From contig JASGJN010000026.1 in assembly GCA_049840735.1 (NCBI GenBank), positions 96,001 through 160,000 on the forward strand: a DNA stretch of 64,000 bases, given 5' to 3'. The DNA is from Anaeromyxobacter sp. GTDB taxonomy: Bacteria > Myxococcota > Myxococcia > Myxococcales > Anaeromyxobacteraceae. Both the position numbers and the translations under genes were made by a program. Below the pieces are notes generated by a model. That model was given only the letters and a program-made list of their open reading frames with translations, did not search any database and had not been told where the DNA came from. Shown piece by piece: positions 56,904 through 64,000 of this stretch. The first letter of the stretch is position 1. Each line of letters starts with the position of its first letter.

Positions 56904-58817
56904 CTACTTCTTCTTCGCCTTCGCGTCGGCCTTCTCCATCCGCGCCAGGATCTTCTCCATCTCGTCCATGGTCGAGTTCATCTCGGCGATGGTGGCGTCG
57001 AACGGCTTCGACGTGGTCATGTCCACGCCGGCGCCCTTGAGCAGGTCGATGGGGTACTTCGAGCCGCCCGCCGCCAGCATGCCGAGGTAGGCGTCGCGCT
57101 TGGCGGTGCCCTTCCCCTTGGCCGCCTCCTCGCGGATGCCGCGCGCCAGCGCGGTGGAGGCCACGAAGCTGGTGGCGTACTGGTACACGTAGAACGGCCG
57201 GTAGAAGTGGGGGATGAAGGCCCACTCGATGCCCAGCAGGTCGTCGACCTGGCACACGCCCTTGTCGTGCCCGTAGTAGGTGCGGACCGTCTCCAGGTAC
57301 ATCTGCGATAGGTTCTCGCCGGTCAGCGTCTCGCCCTTCTCCGCCTTCTGGTGCATCTGCAGCTCGAAGTCGGCGAACTGCGCCTGCCGGAAGAGCGTGG
57401 TGCGCGCGCCGTCCAGCCAGGCGCCCAGCAGCGAGAGGCGGGTGGCGTCGTCCTTGGCCTTCCCCAGCATGTGGTGCAGGAGCAGGTTCTCGTTGAGCGT
57501 GGAGGCCACCTCGGCCACGAAGAGCGCGTAGCCGGAGGTCGGGTAGGGCTGGGCCTCGAAGGCCAGCGCGGTGTGGATGGAGTGGCCGGACTCGTGGGCG
57601 AACGTGGACACGTCGTCGTAGCGCCCGTTGAAGTTGAGCAGCTGGTACGGGTGGACGCCGTAGACGCCGGTCGAGTACGCGCCGGAGCGCTTGCCGGTGG
57701 AGGGCAGGTAGTCGGTCCAGCCGGACTCGAAGCCCTTGCTCAGCATGCCGGTGTACTTCTTGCCCAGCGGCGCCACCGCCTGGAGCACGATCTGGCGCGC
57801 CTGGTCGGGGTCGAACTTCATGTCGACCTTGTCGACCAGCGGCACGTACAGGTCCTGGTAGCGCAGCTTGTCCAGCTTGAGGATGCGCTGGCGCAGCGCC
57901 AGGTAGCGGTGGAGCGTGGGCAGGCTGCGGCGCACGTCCGAGACGAGCTGCGTGTAGACCGTGGTCGGGATGGCGTTGGGGAAGAGCGAGGCCTCGAGGT
58001 TCGAGTCGTAGTGCCGGGCCTTGCGGGTGAAGCTCTGCGCCTTCACGGCCGAGTAGAGGTTCGCGCCCATGGTGCGCTCGTAGCCCTTGAGCGCGCCGAA
58101 GAAGTTCGCGAAGACCAGGGTCCGGTCGTCGAGGTTCCGGTCCTGCCGGTGCAGGCCGTAGCCGGACTGGTCGAGCCGGACCTCCTCACCGGTGGAGAGC
58201 TTCACGGTGGGCCAGGGCAGGTCGGCGTTGGCCAGCAGCCCGTAGGCGTTGCTGCCGGCGCCGCCCAGGTCGCTGGCCTGCGCGATCAGCTCCTCCTCGG
58301 GGGCGGAGCGGGTGTGCGGCTTCAGCCGCAGCGTGTCGTCGAGGAAGAAGCGCCAGGGCTCGAGCCGCTTCTCCTGGTCGAGGAAGCCCTTCACCTGGGC
58401 CGGGTCCATGGCGATCACCTCCGGCTGCAGCCAGGAGGTGGCGGCCGACAGGTCCACCCAGAGCTGCTCGGCGGCCTGCTTCTGCTCCAGCGGCGCCGAG
58501 GCGCGGGTGTCCTCGTCCGAGCGGGAGGAGGCGTAGACGTAGAGCCGCTCCAGGTCCAGCTGCGCCTTCCAGATGGCGTCGAGGGCCTCGAACATCGCGG
58601 CCGGCGACTTGGCCAGCGTGCCCTGGTACTTGCCCAGCTCGGGGATGCGCTTGGCCAGCGCGTCGCGTCCGGCGGCCCAGTCGGCGTCGGTCTTGTACAG
58701 CTCGGTCAGGTTCCACTTGTACTTGTCCGGAATCTCGGACCGGTCCTTGGCCGCGGCGGTGGCGGCGGCCGGCGCTGCGGCGAGCAGCGTGAGCAGGGCG
58801 AGCGAGAGGCTTCTCAT
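56904..58817 (-). CDS. pepF: Secreted oligoendopeptidase F (M3B)
   Basis: Signal peptide; RSEIP.KYKWNL, KRSGAYS, HESGH, AEVAST.NE, W..IPHFY..FYVYQY. Confidence 0.92.
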   Translation of the reverse strand: MRSLSLALLTLLAAAPAAATAAAKDRSEIPDKYKWNLTELYKTDADWAAGRDALAKRIPELGKYQGTLAKSPAAMFEALDAIWKAQLDLERLYVYASSRSDEDTRASAPLEQKQAAEQLWVDLSAATSWLQPEVIAMDPAQVKGFLDQEKRLEPWRFFLDDTLRLKPHTRSAPEEELIAQASDLGGAGSNAYGLLANADLPWPTVKLSTGEEVRLDQSGYGLHRQDRNLDDRTLVFANFFGALKGYERTMGANLYSAVKAQSFTRKARHYDSNLEASLFPNAIPTTVYTQLVSDVRRSLPTLHRYLALRQRILKLDKLRYQDLYVPLVDKVDMKFDPDQARQIVLQAVAPLGKKYTGMLSKGFESGWTDYLPSTGKRSGAYSTGVYGVHPYQLLNFNGRYDDVSTFAHESGHSIHTALAFEAQPYPTSGYALFVAEVASTLNENLLLHHMLGKAKDDATRLSLLGAWLDGARTTLFRQAQFADFELQMHQKAEKGETLTGENLSQMYLETVRTYYGHDKGVCQVDDLLGIEWAFIPHFYRPFYVYQYATSFVASTALARGIREEAAKGKGTAKRDAYLGMLAAGGSKYPIDLLKGAGVDMTTSKPFDATIAEMNSTMDEMEKILARMEKADAKAKKK

Positions 58818-59036
58818 GTGGCGGACTCCCGATGCGGTTGGAGGGCACCTCTCCAGAGGCGGCGCCTGGCGCTTCGTGACAGGGCGGCGCGGCCCCGGTT
58901 GGCGCGGGCATCCTAACGCCGGTGCGCGGTGGGGGGCAGCTTTGGCGTAAGCTCGGCCCTCGAGGAGTTTCGGGGACTGGGCCCGCCCGGGCCCCTGACG
59001 GGACGGGGCCGGCGGGCCGGTGAGGAGGAGGACGCC

Positions 59037-59423
59037 ATGGCCATCTACGTGGTCCGGCTGGGCAGCCCGCGGGCCAAGGGCGAGGGGCTGCGCCTCGGCA
59101 CCGTGCGCCGCCCGCCGCGCGGGGTCCCGAAGGCCGAGTTCGCGAAGCGCGACTTCTACGACGTCTGGCTGCCGCTCCTCTCGCCCAGCGCCGAGCTGGT
59201 GAAGCGGGCGCAGGGGGCGGTCAGCGACAAGGAGTGGGCCGCCTTCAAGCGCGCCTACCGCAAGGAGATGGCGCAGCCCGAGGCCGGCCACGTGCTGGAC
59301 CTGCTGGCCGCGCTCTCGCACGCGACGGACCTGGCCGTGGGCTGCTACTGCGCCGACGAGGCGCGCTGCCACCGCTCGGTGCTGCGCGAGCTGCTGCGGG
59401 AGCGGGGGGCGGAGGTCGGGTGA
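59037..59423 (+). CDS. DUF488 family protein
   Basis: VRRPPRGV.K, W...LSPS.EL, CYC.DE.RCHRSVL; GAGGAGGAGG SD. Confidence 0.88.
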   Translation: MAIYVVRLGSPRAKGEGLRLGTVRRPPRGVPKAEFAKRDFYDVWLPLLSPSAELVKRAQGAVSDKEWAAFKRAYRKEMAQPEAGHVLDLLAALSHATDLAVGCYCADEARCHRSVLRELLRERGAEVG

Positions 59424-59430
59424 CCCTGGG

Positions 59431-59606
59431 CTTCGACTCCGCGAGCCCTCCGGGCTCGCTACGCTCCGCCGGACGGAGGGTGTACGTGGATCCGGATATG
59501 AACGGAGGGTGAACATCGACCAGGCCCGGCGTCGCGCGCCCCCCGCGGCCGGTGACCACCGTTCGACGTGAGCGTAGCCGCAGCAGCGCGGCGGCGAAGT
59601 CGAAGG
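59431..59606. repeat. Inverted pair of REP-like elements (diverged)
   Basis: Forward 59431-59476, reverse 59559-59606. Confidence 0.8.
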
Positions 59607-59688
59607 CCAGGGATCAGCGACTCGCGCCCCCGGGCCGCGGCGCGGCTGGTGCCCCGCCGCGCCGCGCGGTAGAACCACCTCTCTCACC

Positions 59689-60444
59689 ATGCTCGACCTC
59701 TTCGCCCGCACCTCCGGCACCTGGATCAACGTCGCCGCCGTCTTCGTCGGCACCGCCTTCGGCGCCACGGTGGGCGCGCGGCTGCCGGAGCGGCTGGGCA
59801 AGACGCTGATGCAGGTGCTGGGGCTGACCACGCTGTTCGTCGGGCTGGGGATGGCCCGCGGGCTGGACACGGTCCGCTCCGGCCCGCTGCCGGGGGTGAT
59901 CCTGGCGCTGGTGAGCCTGGCGCTGGGCGCGGTGGTGGGCGAGCTCATGGGGCTGGAGGAGAAGCTGGCCGGGCTGGGCGAGGCGGTGCGCAAGCGGGTG
60001 GGCGGCGGCGGGCGCTTCACCGAGGGGTTCGTGACCGCGTCCCTCCTCTTCTGCATCGGCCCCATGGCCATCGTCGGCTCGATCCAGAACGGCCTGGCGC
60101 TCGATGCCCGGACGCTGATCCTCAAGGCCACGCTGGACGGCATCGCCTGCGTGGCGCTGGCCGGCGTCTACGGCGTGGGGGTGGGCTTCTCGGCCGGGCC
60201 GCTCTTGATCCTGCAGGGCGGGATCAGCCTGGGCGCGGCGGCGCTGGCCCGGGTGCTGCCGGATCCAGCCACGGATCCGCGGGTGCTGGCGGTGAGCGGC
60301 GCGGGCGGGCTCCTGGTGGTGGGCATCGGCGTGAACCTGCTGCTGGCCGGCGTGGGGCTGGAGGACAAGCGGATCCGGCTGGGGAGCATGCTGCCGGCGC
60401 TGGTGATCGCGCCGCTGCTGCATGTGCTGCTCACCGGGCTGTGA
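59689..60444 (+). CDS. DUF554 family membrane protein
   Basis: GT.IN...V..G, F.EGFVTASLLFCIGPMAIVGSIQ.GL, KA.LDG. Confidence 0.9.
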   Translation: MLDLFARTSGTWINVAAVFVGTAFGATVGARLPERLGKTLMQVLGLTTLFVGLGMARGLDTVRSGPLPGVILALVSLALGAVVGELMGLEEKLAGLGEAVRKRVGGGGRFTEGFVTASLLFCIGPMAIVGSIQNGLALDARTLILKATLDGIACVALAGVYGVGVGFSAGPLLILQGGISLGAAALARVLPDPATDPRVLAVSGAGGLLVVGIGVNLLLAGVGLEDKRIRLGSMLPALVIAPLLHVLLTGL

Positions 60445-60502
60445 AGCCGTGAAGCCCGCGCGTGACGGGCTGGCGGCCCGGGGCCGCGGTTAGGCTCCGG
60501 AG

Positions 60503-61015
60503 ATGCCGCGCTACGCCGCCTTCCTCCGCGGGGTGATGCCCCAGAACTGCAAGATGCCCGCCCTCAAGGCCGCCTTCGAGGCGGCCGGGTTCACCGACGT
60601 GAAGACCGTGCTGGGCAGCGGCAACGTGGTGTTCACGGCGCGTGCGGCCAGGCCCGAGGCGCTGGCGCGCAAGGCCGAGGCGGCCATGCAGGCGGCGCTG
60701 GGGAACGCGTTTGCAACGCAGATCCGCGAGGTGGAGGCGCTGCGGGCGCTGCTGGAGGCCGATCCGTTCGCTGCCTTCGAGCTGCCGGCGGGGTCGAAGC
60801 GTGTGGTGACGTTCCTGCGCCAGCCGGCGAAGGGGCTGAAGGTGCCCATCGCGCTGGAGAGCGCGCGTATCCTGGGCGTGGAGGGGTGCGAGGCCTTCAG
60901 CGCCTACGTGCCGGATCCGAAGATCGGGCCGGTCTTCATGCAGCTCATCGAGAAGACCTTCGGGAAGGACGTCACCACGCGGACCTGGGATACGGTCGCG
61001 AAGGTGGCGAAGTGA
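60503..61015 (+). CDS. DUF1697 family protein
   Basis: YAAFLRGV, V.T.L.SGNVVF, T.RTW.TV. Confidence 0.88.
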   Translation: MPRYAAFLRGVMPQNCKMPALKAAFEAAGFTDVKTVLGSGNVVFTARAARPEALARKAEAAMQAALGNAFATQIREVEALRALLEADPFAAFELPAGSKRVVTFLRQPAKGLKVPIALESARILGVEGCEAFSAYVPDPKIGPVFMQLIEKTFGKDVTTRTWDTVAKVAK

Positions 61016-61020
61016 CCTGG

Positions 61021-61068
61021 CCTTCGACTCCGCGCCCGCTGCGCGGGCGCTACGCTCAGGCCGAACGG
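61021..61068 (+). repeat. REP-like element (contains an empty IS target)
   Basis: CCTTCGACTCC-GCGCCCGC-TGC-GCGGGCGC-TACGCTCAGGCCGAACGG. Confidence 0.88.
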
Positions 61069-61097
61069 GCCGGGTGCAGAGGAAGGCTTCCGACGGT

Positions 61098-63137
61098 TCA
61101 GTCCGTGCACCCTGAAGCCGGCCCCGGCGTCTCGTGCAGCGCCGCCACCTTCCCCGGCTTCGCGTAGCTCAGCCCGTAACCCAGCGGGAAGAGCGGCTCG
61201 CCAGGGCTGCGGGTCCCGACCTGGCAGGCGGAGCGCGGCCAGGGGAAGGGGAGCCGGCCCTGGAAGTCGTGGGCCACGGCGCCCGCGGCGTCGCGGAAGA
61301 GCAGGTCGGCGACGCCTCCGCCCTCGGTCCCGGGCCACCAGGCCACCACGAACGCGGCCGAGCGGTTCAGCTCGCGGTCGGTGTAGAGCGGCCGGCCGGT
61401 GAGCAGCACGGTGACGACCGGCACGCCCTTGCCGCTCACGCGGTCCAGCGCGGCCAGGTCCTCCGGGTGGCGCGCCGCCAGCTCGAGCGTCTCGCGCGCC
61501 GCCTGGCCCGAGGGCGGGGGCCGGCGGGTGAGCGGGTTCCAGGCCACGTCGCCCATGAACTCGGCGTAGGGCGGCTCGCCGATCACCGCCAGGACGGCGT
61601 CGAACGCGGCCGCGTCCACGCCCTGCGCGGCCTCGCTGAAGGTCACGCGCTCCGGACCCACCGCCTCGCGCACGGCCGTGAGCACGGTCTGGCCGGCCGG
61701 GAAGTCGGCGTTGGTGCCGTCGGTGGACTGCCACCCCAGCGACCAGCCCCCGCACTGCATGGGCAGGCTGTCGGCGCCCTTGCCCACCACCAGCACCTTG
61801 GCGCCGCGCCGCAGCGGGAGCACGCCGCCCTCGTTCTTGAGCAGCACCAGCGACCTGCGCACCGCCTCGCGCGCCAGCGGGCGGGCCAGCAGCGCCGCCT
61901 CGTCGCCCGCGCCGGCGCGCTGCGACGGGCGGGGCAGCTGGAAGAGCCCGGCCCGCAGCTTGACCCGGAGGATGCGCGTCACCGCGTCGTCGATGCGCGA
62001 CATGGGGACCTCGCCCTTCTCGACGAGGTCGACGGTGTCGGCGATGAACATGCGCCAGTGCTTCGGGACCATGAACAGGTCCACGCCGGCGTTGATGGCC
62101 TGGGCGCAGCGGGTGACGGTGCAGCCGGGGAGCTGCGCGATGGCGTCGTAGTCGGAGATCACGAAGCCGTCGAAGCCCATCTTCTCCTTGAGCGCAGTGG
62201 TGAGCAGGTAGCGGCTCCCGTGCAGCTTGCCGCCGGGGAGGCCGGGCTCGCCGACCCAGCTGCTGTAGGAGGCCATCACGCTCTGGGCGCCCGCCTCCAG
62301 CGTGGCCACGTAGCCCTGGGCGTGCTGGTCGATCAGCTGCTGCAGCGAGGCGCTGTTCACGCCTTGGTCGAGGCCGCGATCGGTTCCGCCGTCGCCCAGG
62401 AAGTGCTTGGAGCTGGTGAGCACGCCGGGGAAGGAGGTGGCCGGGCCGGAGAGGCCCATCAGCCCGCGGGTCAGCGCGGCGGAGAGGTGGCGGACCACGG
62501 CTGGCTCGGAGGAGAAGCCCTCGTAGGTGCGCCCCCAGCGGACGTCCTCCACCACCGCCACGGTGGGCGCGAAGGTGTAGTCGAGGCCGCTCACCCGCAG
62601 CTGGCGGGCGGTGGCGGCGCCGATCCGCTCCACCAGGCAGGCGTCGCGGGTGGCGCCCAGGCCGATGGGGTGCGGGAAGAGCGTGGCCCCGAACTGCTTC
62701 TGGTTCCCGTGCACGGCGTCCACGCCGTAGAGGATGGGCACGTGGATCGGGAGGTCGGTGGACATGGACGCGTCCCAGTAGGCGTCGGCGACCTTGAGCC
62801 AGCCGGCCGGCGGCGCGGTGCGGCCTGCGGGCCAGTCGTTGCCGCCGCTCAGGATCGAGCCGACGTAGAAGCGGCGCGCCTCCTCCGGCGTGCAGTGCGC
62901 GGCCTCGGCCTGGGTCATCTGGCCGACCTTCTGCGCCAGCGTCATCCCCGTCACCAGCTTCGCGATCAGGGCCTCCTGCGCCGGGTCGCGCTGCAGCGGC
63001 CCCGTGACGCGCGGCCAGTCGCGGTAGGACGGCGCGGGCGGGACGGTGGTGCAACGGTCCGGTTCCGCCTGCGCGACGGCGGCGCGGCTGGCCAGCCCGG
63101 CGGCGAGCAGGGTGCGGAGCAGGGTGCGGCGGAGCAT
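61098..63137 (-). CDS. Exported GH3 beta-glucosidase
   Basis: MTL.QKVGQM.Q, DAVHG, RWGRTYE, KHFLGDG, GFVISDY, GE.PYAE; N-terminus MLRRTLL (possible Tat signal). Confidence 0.92.
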   Translation of the reverse strand: MLRRTLLRTLLAAGLASRAAVAQAEPDRCTTVPPAPSYRDWPRVTGPLQRDPAQEALIAKLVTGMTLAQKVGQMTQAEAAHCTPEEARRFYVGSILSGGNDWPAGRTAPPAGWLKVADAYWDASMSTDLPIHVPILYGVDAVHGNQKQFGATLFPHPIGLGATRDACLVERIGAATARQLRVSGLDYTFAPTVAVVEDVRWGRTYEGFSSEPAVVRHLSAALTRGLMGLSGPATSFPGVLTSSKHFLGDGGTDRGLDQGVNSASLQQLIDQHAQGYVATLEAGAQSVMASYSSWVGEPGLPGGKLHGSRYLLTTALKEKMGFDGFVISDYDAIAQLPGCTVTRCAQAINAGVDLFMVPKHWRMFIADTVDLVEKGEVPMSRIDDAVTRILRVKLRAGLFQLPRPSQRAGAGDEAALLARPLAREAVRRSLVLLKNEGGVLPLRRGAKVLVVGKGADSLPMQCGGWSLGWQSTDGTNADFPAGQTVLTAVREAVGPERVTFSEAAQGVDAAAFDAVLAVIGEPPYAEFMGDVAWNPLTRRPPPSGQAARETLELAARHPEDLAALDRVSGKGVPVVTVLLTGRPLYTDRELNRSAAFVVAWWPGTEGGGVADLLFRDAAGAVAHDFQGRLPFPWPRSACQVGTRSPGEPLFPLGYGLSYAKPGKVAALHETPGPASGCTD

Positions 63138-63215
63138 GGCGGTCTCCCCGTGCAGCAAGGTGGCGCAGTCTACCGCCGCGGCGCGGCGGCGCCACATCGG
63201 CTACGCTTCGGGGCC

Positions 63216-64000
63216 ATGCTGCTCCCCGACAGCTTCACCCCTTGCTGGTCTCCGCCCGCCGCCGCCACCGACGGCCTCTGGTTCGTCTTCCAGGACGGCA
63301 AGCTGGTGGTCTCCAACGGCGAGGCGCCCGGGCTGCCGCCGCCTGGCGCGGCGCCGGTGCCGGTGGAGGGGATCCGCTGCTTCGGGACGCTGGGCGACGT
63401 GCCCTGCTGGGCGGCGCAGGCGCGCGAGCCGGCGCTGCCGGAGGGACTCTCGGCGGCGCCGCTCCGCGCGCTCTTCGATCGCCTGGCCGACGGCCCGCTG
63501 GCGCTGGCCGGCCGCGCCGCGCAGGTGCTCGAGTTCGAGCGCACCCACCGCTTCTGCGGCGCGTGCGGCGCGCCCACCGAGTCCGGCGACGGCGATTGCG
63601 CGCGGCGCTGCCCGGCCTGCCAGGCGGTCTTCTACCCGCGGCTGGCGCCGGCCATGATGGCGCTGGTGACGCGCCAGGGGCCGTCGGGCCGCGAGCTCTT
63701 GCTGGCCCGCGGGCGGCGCTTCGGCGCGCCCATCCACTCGGCGCTGGCCGGCTTCGTGGAGCCGTCGGAGACGCTGGAGGAGTGCGTCCGCCGCGAGGTG
63801 CGCGAGGAGGTCGGGCTGGAGGTGAGGAACCTGCGCTACTTCGGCAGCCAGTGCTGGCCCTTCCCCCACTCGCTCATGGTGGCCTTCCTGGCCGAGCACG
63901 CGGGCGGGGAGATCCGCTGCGACGAGGAGGAGATCGTCGAAGCAGCCTGGCATCCGGTCGATCGGCTGCCCAACCTCCCACATCGGCTCTCGGTGGCCCG
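63216..64000 (+). CDS. nudC: NADH pyrophosphatase NudC (3' end runs off the window)
   Basis: Own translation: HRFCGACG...CPAC...YPRLAPA, Nudix box AGFVEPSETLEECVRREVREEVG, SQCWPFPHSLM. Confidence 0.93.
   Translation, partial: MLLPDSFTPCWSPPAAATDGLWFVFQDGKLVVSNGEAPGLPPPGAAPVPVEGIRCFGTLGDVPCWAAQAREPALPEGLSAAPLRALFDRLADGPLALAGRAAQVLEFERTHRFCGACGAPTESGDGDCARRCPACQAVFYPRLAPAMMALVTRQGPSGRELLLARGRRFGAPIHSALAGFVEPSETLEECVRREVREEVGLEVRNLRYFGSQCWPFPHSLMVAFLAEHAGGEIRCDEEEIVEAAWHPVDRLPNLPHRLSVA

Overview
64 kb of very GC-rich chromosome, probably from an Anaeromyxobacter-like myxobacterium (inferred from gene content, e.g. the ispE-spoVG-prs and rplY-pth-rpsF-rpsR-rplI blocks and a Gly-extended S18). 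Housekeeping and metabolic genes include mreB, upp/hpt, GH57, galT-glgA, ptb-buk, pepF, a GH3 glucosidase and nudC; there are also a Ser/Thr kinase and c-di-GMP signalling genes. Three things stand out. (1) An IS1111-type (IS110 family) element at 22178-23614 sits inside a REP-like palindrome at a CT core. Its ~300-nt downstream non-coding end carries short segments matching both strands of the target and both element ends, i.e. a readable bridge/seek RNA. Four empty exact target sites remain in the window. (2) A cluster of acyl-CoA dehydrogenase, a KS-AT-KS-ACP-ACP-KR-DH megasynthase and a PPTase, in which both ACPs carry Thr (DLGVDTVK) where the phosphopantetheinylated Ser normally lies, and no enoyl reductase domain is seen. 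(3) About 18 copies of a REP-like repeat with constant ends and a co-varying internal hairpin, one of them in frame inside the PKS. About ten single-base frameshifts, several at GATC, look like sequencing artefacts rather than real pseudogenes. No rRNA, tRNA or CRISPR array was seen. All calls come from reading motifs by eye; no database searches were run.
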